A stretch of DNA of 64,000 bases from Hemiscyllium ocellatum (lineage: Eukaryota), in contig NC_083410.1 of the NCBI RefSeq assembly GCF_020745735.1, positions 4,004,117 through 4,068,116 of the forward strand. Reading direction: 5' to 3'. Below are positions 14,101 through 26,130 of this stretch, one piece after another. The notes beneath the pieces are model-generated. The model did no database searches. It worked only from the letters and a program-made list of their open reading frames with translations, and was not told where the DNA came from. Position numbers and translations under genes: made by a program. Numbering within the stretch: position 1 is the first letter of the stretch; every line of letters begins with the position of its first letter.

Positions 14101-14512
14101 TGTGGTTTTATGACCGCCTGTGGCACATCTAACCATTTGGCATCGATTACACGTATGGTAAAAGTTAATCATATCCCTGTGCATTCCACGCCAATAAAAA
14201 TGTTTTTTTTTACTTTAGTCTGAGTCTTTTGAACCCCAAGATAATCTCCTACACGAGGTTCATGTGCTACCCATAACAACTCCCGTCTGTACGCTACCGG
14301 CAACACAATTTTGGTGCATGTTGGCCCATTTCTCCTCTGCATGAACCTGCCACGGTCTCCATTTCTGTTTTAGGATTTTATCTTTCAGACAATAACCCTT
14401 CGGAATATTATCTGCCTCTTTTTCAGAGTACGCATCCACATATAGATCTTTTATCATGCCATCTTGCCTTTGCAAGTCTCTTTATCTTTCAGGACTAAAC
14501 ATTTCTGTCTGA
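11120..14512 (-). mobile_element. Gmr1-like Gypsy LTR retrotransposon, 3' half (INT-RT-RNaseH, PPT, partial 3' LTR)
   Basis: Minus-strand order: integrase (CNRCQ, IDCVVPLP, SQGTLERWHQ), then RT (SEWSSPIILVPK, MPFGMNNAPATF, YLDD), then RNaseH (DASDIGVG, YTDHNPL). PPT ggggggggagg is followed by TGTTATG at 11322. Confidence 0.85.
13762..13983. mobile_element. Penelope-derived hairpin element inserted in the integrase
   Basis: Inverted arms; 16-bp TSD cacatccaatatggtt at 13746-13761 and 13984-13999. Confidence 0.8.
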
Positions 14513-17500
14513 TGTCACAAAACTAGTCCCTTTTTTTCTAAAAGCTGTGTCTTTTCTCAAGGATATTCTGTCCTTGATTTCTTTCAGATGGACAATAAAC
14601 TAGGCCGGGCACAATCAGTCTGGTTTATTCACACAGGCCAGGAATAGCGGGTAAGGAGGCTACTACATTAATGGACACAGGATCCTCTCAGTCTGTAATG
14701 CAGAAGGATGATGAGATATGCATTCCTGAGGGACTATTGCCTGAAAAAGGTACTGGCAACAGGAATTCAAAGGGAGACAAGAAGTGCTCAATTATGTAAG
14801 GTGAGCTTAGAATATCCAGTGAAGAATGGAGAAGTCATGGTAGGAGTACTGGACAAACTCTCAGCTCCAGGAATACAATTTGTCCTTGCATGCTGATTCA
14901 CCAGTCAGCATGCTGTCTACTGTAGTTGAAAAGCCAGTGGAGACACAGGCAGCTGAAGACATGGAGAATGTTCATCCAGGACTTTTCTCTGATTGTGTGA
15001 TCACAAGATCACAGAGGCACAAGGTGAAGCAGGGGAGATCAAAAGGCACAGATAAGAAAGCTGACATAGCTTTATCAGAAACTTTCTTCGATCAGATAAG
15101 TGAGACAGAGAAGGAGCAATAGGTAAACATGCAAGTATTGTTATCTCGGTAAAACTGATTGAATTACAGCAGAAAGATGAGGAGTTGAAACAGTTATATT
15201 AAAAGGCATTTACGCAGATGGAAAGTGAATTCATTCCTGTGTGTTGTTACTTAACAAATGATGCCTTAATGAGGAAATGGAGACTGTCACACATTCAAGC
15301 AGGTGAAAAATGGGCAGAGATTCATCAAATTGTTTTGCCAGTAGTGTATAGAAAAGAGGTGCTGCAAGTGGCACATTAGCTAGCACTTGGAGGTCATTTA
15401 TAGGTGAGGAAAGCACAGGCTAAAATACAAATTCATTTTTACTGACCTGGATGTAGTTGAATTTTGCCAGATGTGTCATACATGTCAGCTAATAGGAACG
15501 GCACAGGTAGTAATAAAATTTACACCTTTAATACCCATTCCAGCATTTGATGAACCTTTCACAAGAGTCTTGAGTGATTGCATGGATCTCCTACTTCAAC
15601 CAAAAAGTGAGAATAAGTATTTATTAACAATAATGGATATGTCGACTGGATTTCCAGAGGCAATCCCAATATGCAGCATCACAACTAAAAGTGTTGGAGA
15701 AGAATTACTTAATTTTTTTTACAGGATATGGACTACAAATAGAAATGCAGTCAGATCAAGGTTCAAACTTCACATCCACACTATTTAAGGACGTTCTGGA
15801 TAACTTGGGAATAAAGCAATTCAAATCTACTGTGTACCATCTGGAATCACAGAGAGCACTAGAAAGATGGCATCAAACACTAAAGACCATGTTGAGGGCT
15901 TATGGTCAGGATTATCCATATGATTGCAATAAGGGAATTCCATTTGTACTTTTTGCGATCAGAGATGCACCAAATGAATCGACCAAATTCAGTCCATTTG
16001 AATTAATTTTTGGACATGAATTAAGAGGACTGTTGAAATTGATTAAGGAGAAATTAATAAGTCTGAATTCAGAGACCACCCATTTGGACTAGGTGTCAAA
16101 TTTTAGAGAATGATTAAATAGAGCTGGAGAGTTGGCTGGACAGCATTTAAAAGTATCACAGCATACAATGAAACAAGAAGAGGATAAGAAATTATAAATT
16201 CACAATTTTGCAATTGGGGATAAGGTATTGGCGTTACTTCTAATAACAGGTGAGCCTTAAAAAGCAAAGTTTATTGGACTATATCAAATCGGGAGGAAAT
16301 TGAGTGAGGTGAATGACTTGATAACAACTCCAGTCAGGAAGAAATCTCAGAGTGTGTCACATGAGTATGCTCAAAAGGTATAATGATAGGGAAGGAAAGC
16401 AAAAGGAGAAAGTGTTAATGATTACAGCACAGAAGGAAGAAGCAAGTTCAAAGTATTCTGAATTGGACATTCCTCAAATCAAATTGGACAATGAGAAGTT
16501 GTCAAAATTGCGATAAAATTATTGAGTTACCTTCTAAAAAGAAATCAAAAAGGCCTCAAACAGTTATTATTATCCAATGGGGAAATATGTAGAAACAAAC
16601 TGGGAAGTACTAACCTAATTGTGCATGATGTAGAGATAGGAGATGCTGTCCCGATTAAGCAACATCCTTATTGGCATAACCTTCTAAAGTTGGCGCAGGT
16701 TCAGAAGGAGATAGAGCGCATGCTCCAAGATGGCAAAATTGAAGTGAGTTACTGTGACTGGAGGACTCCTAAACTCATGGTGCCAAAGCCAGATACTACC
16801 AAATGGTTTTGTGTGGACTATCACAAAGTCAACACCGTTACAAAGACTGATGCATTTCCAATTTCATGGTTGGAGGACTGTATCTAAAAAGTGGAACAAG
16901 CAACTTACATTTCTCAGTTAGACTTGTTCAGAGGCTACTGGCAAGTACATCCATCAGAGAGAGTAAAGGCAATTTTGATTTTCATAATACCAAATGAACT
17001 GTATCAGTTGGCATGAAAAACCCTCCAGGCACATTTCAGAAACTGACTATTAAGGATATTGCTGGTGATTTTTAGACACTCATGGAAAGAACATTTTAGC
17101 ATTTATCAGATTTGTTCGATTGACTTCGAAAGGCAGGCTTGGTGGTAAATCTAGCGAAAAGTGCATCCGACACTCAAATGAGATACAGAGGCTTTTGGTG
17201 GTGGGTGTACCGTGGCCTGAATTTGCATGTGGTTGTGCACGTTTGCATGTTTAAAGTCAGCATAGTGTATATGAGTGTTTAGACTACTAACCAGGTTTTA
17301 AAGGGTTAAAAATGAAGCCATCTTGTGGTGTGGATGGTCCTGTTTTTAAGGAGGGAGATGTCACAAAGCTAGTCCCTTTATTTAAAAGCTGTTTCTTTTC
17401 TCAAGGATACAATGTCCTTGTTTTTTTTTCAGAGTGATAATAAACTAGGCCAGGCTATGATCAGTCTGGTTTGGTACAGAGATGAAAAGGATTTTGAAAG

Positions 17501-17988
17501 GCCTTTTGTTTATTTGTGAACAGATGAGACTGCAGGCCAAAGTGGTCATATTTTAGAAGTGACCTGTATAAAGAAAGGGGAGTGGTCATTTTTCTAGCTG
17601 AGTGGTTTAATTTAGTCCTGAACTGGTTGCGGGTTCAACAGCAAGCTGTGTGGAAATTCTCTCTCTCTTCTTCTGCCCTTCAATGTCAACTTGTAAGCAT
17701 GTATTCCATTTATACTGATTTTTAAAGGGAGTTATTGGGACTGTTGTGTATATTTGGAACAGCATACTTAAGTCTAGTTGGATAGGTTGAGTTCTGTAAG
17801 GGTTCTTTATTCTGTTCTTTGTGTTTCATTGTGTAATTTTGTGAAGAAATTATTGTGTGTTTTAAAATTTAGTAGTCAACCTCATTAATTTACTCCGGGT
17901 AATTTTCACTTACTGAAACAAATTGTGAAGTTATGGTCTGGGCTGCCTGCTTAAGACTGTTTTGAGTGGTCTAGCCTAGTCCGTAACA
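14513..17988 (+). mobile_element. Second Gmr1-like LTR element (partial 5' LTR, PR-INT-RT, PPT, full 3' LTR) nested in the first
   Basis: TGTCACAA at 14513 and 17359 with about 115 bp of shared LTR. PR motif LMDTGSS near 14680, INT at 15471-16400, RT at 16522-17150. PPT aaggagggaga 17348-17358, LTR end gtaaca 17988, TSD CTGA on both sides. Confidence 0.85.
17359..17988 (+). repeat. 3' LTR (630 bp, TG...CA)
   Basis: Directly follows the PPT; bounded by TGTCAC...GTAACA. Confidence 0.8.
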
Positions 17989-19880
17989 CTGACCGTCTGT
18001 CTGTTCAGGTTTTTTCTGCACCATAACGTCAAACAGGGTGTACTCTCAGTGAATATCAACTCTTTCATCTTTCTCTTTACTTTCTATTTCGTGCTGTGAC
18101 TTATGATAGTGGGATCTGGTTACCACACGGTCTGCAAAAATATCAGGATATTTCTGTTTTAACTCCTCAGTGTCTTGGTCCTCCTTGGTCTTCTCCACAA
18201 CAACGGGTGTTGCTCCCACCTTGGATCCTGCCAAATCATTCCTAAGAACAAACTGAATTCCTGGAACTGACGCTCTGTCAATCATCACTACTGTAACTTC
18301 CCCAGTCTTAAGTTGGCACACCAACCTGATCTTACATAGGGGAATGCTAAATCTCTGTCCATCTATCCTACAAATTTCCATACTCTCAGGTAACAGATCA
18401 GGAAGAGTGCATCTTCACTAATGTCTTACTATCAGCGACTAGTTAGATCCTGTATCTCTCAAAATTATACCATTTTGCCCTTCTTCCCTGTTCTTTCTGA
18501 GTAAACTTTACCCACAGAGGCAGATTCTTTATAGACATCAGGAACTAACTCCATACCCATCCCCTGCCTAGGCTGTGCACTCTCCTGCAGCTCCTCGGCT
18601 CTTCTTGAGGTGTCCCTTACTAATTTCACTAAGGCCACTGGCTTAGCTTCCTTTACCACATCTTTTCCCACATTGCCTTTCTTTAATAACCTGATTCCTG
18701 ATGAAGGGCTTTTGCCCGAAATGTCGGTTTTCCTGCTCCTCAGATGCTGCCTGAACTGCTGTGCTTTTCCAGCACCACTGTAATCTTGAATCTGGTTTCC
18801 AGCATCTGCAGTCCTTGTTTTTACCTTTCTTTAACGACTATCACTGTGACTTTACGTGTACCACTTTACCACAGTGGAAACACCTGAGACCTTTCACCTC
18901 TTTTACACCCTCTTGGGCTTCTTTTTTATCCTGTGGCAAATTCTTACCAGTACTCTCTACTCTTAGTTTCGTAATGTAGGATCTCCCCTTCTCCCAACTT
19001 CTATTCCTCACAGGATGAAATTCTGGCTGGAAACTTGTCTTATGCACCAACATGTACTCATCTGCTAATTCTGCTACCCTTCTCACTTTCTGAACTTTCT
19101 GTTCCTCCATGTGAAATCTTACAATCTCTGGAAGTGAGTTTTTAAACTCCTCCAGCAGAACAATCTCTCTTAGAGCCTCAAAGATCCTATCTATTTTCAA
19201 GGCATGCACCCATTGATCAAAATGACCATGTTTAATTCTTTCAAACTCAGCATAAGTCTGACCTGGTTCCTTCTTTATGTTTCCGAACTGCTGTCTATAT
19301 GCTTCTGGTACCAATTCATATGCAATTAAAATAGCCTATTTCACCTCTTCATAATCTCTTGATCCCTCATCTGATAGCACAGCAAATACTTCACGAGCTC
19401 TGCCTACCAGTTTAGTCTGAGCTAACATGACCCAAAAATCCTCGGACCACTCCATCTGCCAAGCCAATGTTTCAAATGAAATAAAGAAAGCTTCAACATC
19501 TTTCTCTTCAAAATGTGGCAGTTTTGACATATTTATATGCATAAAACACGACTTTCTATTTTAATCCCCATTCTGTTAACTTGACTTTGCTGATTAAGTC
19601 ACAACTTCTCAAATTCAAATTCTCTCTCTTTCTCTCTCTCTTTTTTTCACCCTTTCTTCTTTCTCTCTTTGCTCAGCTAAGAACCTTCTCTCTCTCTGTC
19701 TCTTTGCTCTCTCTCTCCCTCTCTTCTCTCTTTCTCTCTTCCTCTTTCTTTCCTCTCTTTCTCTTTGTTTATCTTCTAACTCCACTTTCCTCAATTGTAA
19801 TTCGAGTTTATCTACCTCTACTACACTTGTTTGTTTCTCTGAAACACGTAAGTGTTTGAGTAACTCCCTTACAATTTCAG
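17989..19880 (-). mobile_element. 5' half (gag, protease) of the Gmr1-like element continued at 14512
   Basis: Lys/Glu/Arg-rich N-terminus, capsid region PEAYRQQF...LLEEFKNSLP, knuckle CFHCGKVVHVKSQ, protease region 18046-18450. Reading continues across the CTGA TSD. Confidence 0.8.
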
Positions 19881-19904
19881 CTTATCTTTTGTGAAATATA
19901 TACA

Positions 19905-21250
19905 TATAAATGACGAGGTTGAAAAAGTAGATGGGTAGTTTAGTAAGGTTACAGATGATACAAAGATCTGCAGAGTTATGGATTGTCAAAGGATACAGTG
20001 TGTTATCGATCAGTTGAAGAAAAAGTCAGAGAAATGGCAGATGGAGTTTAATCTGTGTAAGTGTGAGGTGCTGCACTTTAGGAGATCAAATGTTCAGAAA
20101 AATTATACAGTTAATGGCAAGTCCCTGAATAGCATTGATGTACAGAGGGATCTTGGATTTCAAGTTCACAGCTCCCTGAAAGTGGTCATGCAAACTGAGG
20201 GTGGTAAAGAAGGTGCATGTAATGCTTGCCTTTATTGGATCGAGTATTGAGTACAAGAGTCAAGATGTCCTGATGCAGCTTTTTAAGAGTTTGATTTGGC
20301 CACACTTCAATTCTGGTTGCCACATTATAGGAAGGATATGGAGGATTTGGAGAGGATGCAGAAGGGTTTTACTGGGTTTGCCCTGCTTGATTTAGTGAGC
20401 ATAAGCTTGCATTGGCCAGGAGCAGCTGGTAAAGAGGTTACGATTTTAAGAGATACATGACCTTCTCAATCTGTGATGCTGAAAGGTGAGGATATATGTA
20501 CTTCTGAAGGACTGTTGCCAGAAAAGGTGCGAGCACCAGGAATTCAAGGTGAGAGAAATGTCAATTATGTAAAATGAGCTTAGATTGCCCAGTGAAGTCA
20601 TGGTCGGAGTACTGGACAAACTCTCAGCTCTCGGAATACAATCTGTCCTTGCTAATGATATAACTAGTTCACAGGTAGAGGTTCTACCTATGGTGATTGG
20701 ACAGCCGATAGAAACTCAGGCAACTGAATGACTGCAGGACACATCTCCTGGGATTTTTCCTGACTGTGTGGAAATGAGGTCACAAAGTCACCAGAAGAAA
20801 AATAGAGAGCAAAGCGTACTAATAAGAAAGTTGAAATAGACTTAGCAGGTACCCTGTCTGTTCAGATGGTTGAGACAAACCAGGAACAGATAGATGACAA
20901 AGCAGACATCTTTAGCTCAGATAAATTAACTGAGGTACTGTAGAAAGATGAAGAATTACAGCAATTGCATCAAAAGGCATACACAGAAAAAGAATCTAAA
21001 TGTATCCCTGCATGTTATTAACTGAAAAAATGTGTTTAACGAGGATATGGAGACAATCATGTGCCCAGGCAGATGAGAAATGGGCAGAGGTTCCTCAAGT
21101 TGTTTTGTCAGTGGGTTATCTGACCTGGTCGATAACAAGCAGGACCTCTGACACTCGTATTCTTATCTGTCAGCCAGGATTCCCTGACTGGAACAGGTTA
21201 AACAGGAAACTCATGTTGTATGACATCTATCTGGCTGACCACATTACAGT
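19905..21250 (+). mobile_element. CR1 RT fragment (19905-20395) followed by Gmr1-like PR/pre-INT fragment (20400-21120)
   Basis: KWQMEFNLCKCEVLHF. 20520-21120 parallels 14750-15340. Confidence 0.7.
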
Positions 21251-21653
21251 AATTACAAAGAGACAAAGATATATTCCAAGACAGGGTAATGAGTGATTTG
21301 GAGGGAAACTTGCAGTGGGTAGTATTTCTATATATCTGCTGCCCTTGTCCTTCTCAATGGCAGTGAAGATGAGTTTTGAACCTGCAGCAGAAAAAAATTG
21401 GTGCCTCCAAAATGTTGAGCAGATTCTGCCGAAAGTTGAGAAATATTATTTAATACACTTTTTATTTGATAATTTCTGTTTATTGACAAATTTTATCTGA
21501 ATCAGTCACAGTTGCATTTCAATTGTTCAGTGTAACAACCTGTTCTCTCTGTTTAACTCAAAACTCTTACCACCCTGTCAGATCCTTTCCATCAGGGAGT
21601 ACAGAGAATCTGCTCTTGTGGGAATGAACTTACTGTTATATTTTTCTTTTAAG

Positions 21654-21998
21654 GTATCACTGGTCCAGTCATTCTCCAGTCTCCAAGCCTGGAACATATC
21701 ACCGAGGGACACACTGCCTGATTACAGTGCATCATGAGGAACGCCTCAGTGACACACACTGATGTTTACTGGAACCGACTGTCCCCAGAGCAAATTATGG
21801 AGCGGGTTTTAATAGATCCAGGAATTGGCTCCACACAATGGGGCCCAGGGTTCATTGAACGATTCCAGCCTTCCAGAGACCACTCCAGTAACAGTTTCAT
21901 TCTGACCATCTCAAATGTGCAACCCAGTGACACTGGGGTCTATTACTGCTCCATCTGGGGAAGGATCTATGGAAGAGGAAGCCAGCTCAATATTACCA
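21654..21998 (+). pseudogene. Gene A exon V1 (345 nt, germline VJ) with in-frame TGA at 21719-21721
   Basis: GITGPVILQSPSLEHITEGHTA*LQC...VYW...RFQPSRDHSSNSFILTISNVQPSDTGVYYCSIWGRIYGRGSQLNIT. Acceptor ttttaag, donor gtaagt at 21999. V2 has CGA at the stop position. Confidence 0.9.
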
Positions 21999-22699
21999 GT
22001 AAGTAGAGTTTACGTGACAATCTCCTTCAGCAATAACCTCTGACCTAATGAATGAATTGGAGATCAGTTTGTGATCAAGAAGATTGAGGAGGTGATGGAG
22101 AGTGATCTTGGGGATGGACTCACTGTGGGGTAGAAGCTGAGCTCAGGTTCAGCAATTTATGTAATTGTTTTGTGAGACGTGGGTGTCACTGGCTGGGCCA
22201 GCTTTTATTTCCCATCCTTAATTGCCCTTGAGAAGATGGTGCTGAGCTGCCTTCTTGAACCACTGCAGTAACCCATTGGTTGCCATTCCTGGGTTTCGGT
22301 CGCGCTCTTACACAATCTATTAATACCCTGCTAAACAGTTTGTCAAAAGCTGTGATCAAGATTAAAGGTGAATCTTTAATTGAGGGTTGAGGATTCCCCA
22401 AGCCCTGACATGGACCAACCTGTCTGGTAAAATGTAACATCTTTATATAATCCTGACAAATAAAACCATTTTAAAATTTTTAGACTGTGTGTTCCTCATT
22501 TGTAAATTACCTGCCTTTGGAATTTCATGAGCTGATTTGTAAAATTTCATTCTGGTCATCAGATGGAGTGACCACCTGATGGACCACTGTCCATCCCTCA
22601 TCGCCTGGGATTTAGGATGGTTTCTATTTACTCATTAATGCTTTGTCTTTCAAACAATAACACTCAAGAGAGTGCTTCTGATTCCATTTATAAGGATAA

Positions 22700-23330
22700 A
22701 AACAGAAAGCACTGGAAAATCTTATCATCTATGGAGAGAAATCAGAATTAATGTTGTGGGTTCAGTGACCATTGTGCAGAAGTAATGGCAATAAGGAAAA
22801 TGATGATTTTTTTTATACAGAAGATGGGGTGGGGAGGAGGGTGATAGTAAATAATCGATGTAGATAGAGCCCAGTGTGAGAGAAAAATTGTTGGACAGGC
22901 AAAGGAGTGGCTAATGGTCAGTCTGGGTGAATGAGCAGCTGCTGATGGGGACAGTTAATGGCTAACAATGAGTAGTGTATGGTAGCTGCCTGTGCAATAA
23001 CAAGGCCTGGAGTATGGTGAGGGAGAAAGCATGAGGAAAGATGCTCAGTCTCTCAAATTGTTGAACTTGATATTAATTCCAGAAGGCTGCAGATTCACCA
23101 AGTGGAAAATGAGGCGTTGTCGTTCCATGTTGCTCTGAGCTTCACGAGAGCACTGCAGCAGGACTGAGACAGAGACGTTGGCCAGGGAACACAATGGTGT
23201 GTTGGAGTAGCAAGCAACTGGGAGGTTAGGATTGTTTTTGCAGACAGAATGGAGGTGTTCTGAGAAGTGGTCACGCAGTCTGTGTTTCATTTCCCAATTG
23301 AAGAGGAGACTACATTGTGAGCAGTGAATA
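22700..23330 (-). mobile_element. Penelope-like element 3' fragment (GIY-YIG C-terminus)
   Basis: KHRLRDHFSEHLHSV...PVACYSN...LQPSGINIKFN. Confidence 0.7.
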
Positions 23331-23705
23331 CAGTTTGTCTCATCATAGAATACTCAGAGGCCTGGATAGATTGGACATGGAGTAGATGGTTATCGGAGAG
23401 ATAGGATCTGAGGCACAGCCTTCCAGGGAAGGGACAATCAATTACAGCTGAGATGAAGAGGAATTTCTTCGGACAAAAGGTTGTAAATCTTTGGAACTCA
23501 TTGCTGCAGAGTGCTGTGGAGTCCAAGTAATTGAGTATATTTAAGACAGAGATAGATAGATTCTTATGTGCAAATGGATCAAGGGTTACGGAGAGAGAGC
23601 AGGAGAATGGGATTGAAACACATCAGCCATAGTTGAATGGCAGAGCAGACCTGATGGGCTGAATGGCCTGATTCTGCTCCTATATCCTATGGCCTTATGG
23701 TCTAT
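23330..23705 (+). mobile_element. CR1 3' end
   Basis: ttcttcggacaaaaggttgtaaatctttggaac...gggctgaatggcct 3' UTR signature. Confidence 0.7.
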
Positions 23706-23846
23706 AATCTCATGGTTATTTTGAATAATTAACTCCACTGGTTCACTCTGACAAACTTAGCATCTGTCCTTTCTCATTAACTCAAAATTGGAGTTCTTCA
23801 GAAAGTTCTAATGAGTTTTAATTTATTCACATGTTTTCTCTTAAAG

Positions 23847-24191
23847 GTTCAAGTGTCCCAGTCATTCACCAGTCTCCGAGGCTAGAACGTGTCACTGAGG
23901 GTCACACTGCCCGATTACAGTGCTCCATGAGGAACGTCGCAGTGAAACACATCAATGTTCACTGGGACTGCGAGAAACCACTGGATAATATGAAGTGGGT
24001 TTTAACACATGACATGAGGAACATCACACAATGGAGCCCAGGATTTACTGAGCGATTCCAGTCTTCCAGAGACACATCCAATAATAGCTTCATTCTGACC
24101 ATCACTAACACGCAGCCCAGTGACACTGGGATCTATTACTGTAAAGTGTGGGGAGATATCAGTGGGACAGGAACCCAGCTGACTGTAACAG
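23847..24191 (+). CDS. Gene A exon V2 (345 nt, intact germline VJ domain)
   Basis: GSSVPVIHQSPRLERVTEGHTARLQC...VHW...RFQSSRDTSNNSFILTITNTQPSDTGIYYCKVWGDISGTGTQLTVT. Cys/Trp/Cys and DxGxYYC present; acceptor cttaaag, donor gtaagt at 24192. Confidence 0.9.
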
Positions 24192-25659
24192 GTAAGTTGT
24201 TTACCTTAGAATAATCTGATACAGTAACCATTTCCACGTAGATTTATTGGAGAGGAGAATTTGTTAAATTCCTCTGGTAAAGAGCAAGCAGAGAGCTCAA
24301 CATAAACATTGAACAATTCTCAGCTTTTACTCACAGATTGAATAAACTTTTTCTCCTCTTGGACCGGTTCCTCAATCTCAAACTCTTTCTCTTCTCTCTG
24401 TCTTTCTTCTTCACCATCTCGTTTGTTCTCAGTATTGCATTTAACGTTCTCTTGTCTCTGTCTGGTTTTGTTTCATTCATAATTGGCATGGGTTCATCAC
24501 TGGCTGGGCTGGTACTTGTTCATTGTGAATGGCCCTTGAGAAGAAATGTCTTCTCTGCTGCAGGAAGCAGCTGAGGCCAAAACATTGAATGTTTTCAAGG
24601 AAGATTTAGATATAGTTCTGAGGACTAAAGTGTTCAAAGGGTAAGGGGAGAATGTGGGAACAAAGGACTGAGTTGGATGGTCAGCCATGATTATGTTGAA
24701 ATGCAGTGCAGACACAATGGGCTGAATGGCCTCATCCTGGTCCTAGTTTGAATGTTTTGAGAAGGTGATGGTAAGCTGCCTTCCTGAGCTGTTGTGATTC
24801 CCTTGGTGTTGTGACATCTGATCCACTGACACTGAAGGAACGATGATGTAGTACGATCTTATGTAAAAGTCGACCCCCTATTTTTCATCCAAAAGTCTGG
24901 AATTTTCCATATATCTCTTGTAAAACTCCACCCTAGTTCTTCATAGTTAACAGATCAACATTTATGAGTCAGTGTGCCTGTCCATTACACTCCACTCCAG
25001 CTTTCCAGTCTGCTGGCTATGCAATTCCGTTCTGGACTTCCCAGTCCACCAGCTGCCACGCTTCAATCCAGAATTTCTGAATTACTGCAATTCTTGAGTT
25101 TCTTTCTTTATTCTTTTAGACTTTAACTTTTCTTCTGCCAACGATATGGTATGAATTTTGACGGACATGAATTTCAGCCCCTCAAATGTAGTATCCCTGT
25201 GATAGTCAATCCCATAAATTTAACCATAAAAAGTAGTCAAAAAAATTCAACTGATACTTGAGTATATCTGGTATGTGCTGAAAATGTGTTGCTGGTTAAA
25301 GCATAGCAGGTTAGGCAGCATCAAAGGAATAGGAAATTTGACGTTTCGGGCATAAGCCCTATATCTGGTATGTATAGACCTACATGCACATTATGGTACT
25401 GGGAACTGGAATATGGTACGACAGTACCATTCTGTATAGCAGGCAGAATGGAGACAGTTATTTTGTAGATAAATATTCAATAATGGCTATAATTCCTTTT
25501 TCCTTTTGTTGTATATTATTTTATAAAGCAATCTGGCTCTTGTTTGTCCATTTTTTGACTCATACTAAGCATGAATTTCATCCCCTCAAACGCAATACTC
25601 ATGGAATAGTCAGCCCCCTAATTTCAACTTTAAAATATTGCATAAAATGTTCCATGTTT

Positions 25660-26130
25660 ACACAAGTTCTATATGGTGTTTCCAAGTCAGGATAGTGAGT
25701 GCCCTGGAGGGGAACCTGAAAGTGATGTTATCCCATGTACCCGCTGCCTTTGTCCTTTTAGGCGGGAGAGGTTGTCCGTTCAGAAACTGCTGTTGGAGAA
25801 GCTTTGCTGAGTTACTGAATGGCAATAGTACCCACTGTCCATGAGTGTAAAAGGAAGTGAATGTTGAAGGTGTTAGCTGTTGTGCCAATCCGGCGAGCTG
25901 CTTTGTCGTGGATGGCATATAGCTTCTTGATTGTTGTTGGAGCTGCACCCATCCAGGCAAGTTGTTCCACAATCCTCCTGACTTCTGCTTTGTTGATAGA
26001 TGGTAGGCAGGCTGTGGGAGGCAGAGTGTGAGCTACTCACCTTGGCCTGTTCTTGTAGCCACAGTATTTATTACATTGCTCCAGTTAATAGATGAGTCAA
26101 TGGGGACTCCCAGGATGTAGTTCATCAGGG
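25660..26130 (-). mobile_element. L2/CR1-group LINE RT C-terminal fragment (related copies 27840-28290, 53230-53530)
   Basis: The 28013-28270 copy reads NVLEYSPQAWMSAAPKKLKKHNIIQDKA; the copies share ggaggggaac...gtgat. Confidence 0.55.

Noticed and set aside
19581-19859. Very hydrophobic plus-strand ORF as a membrane protein
   Set aside because: It is the antisense of the Lys/Glu/Arg-rich gag N-terminus.
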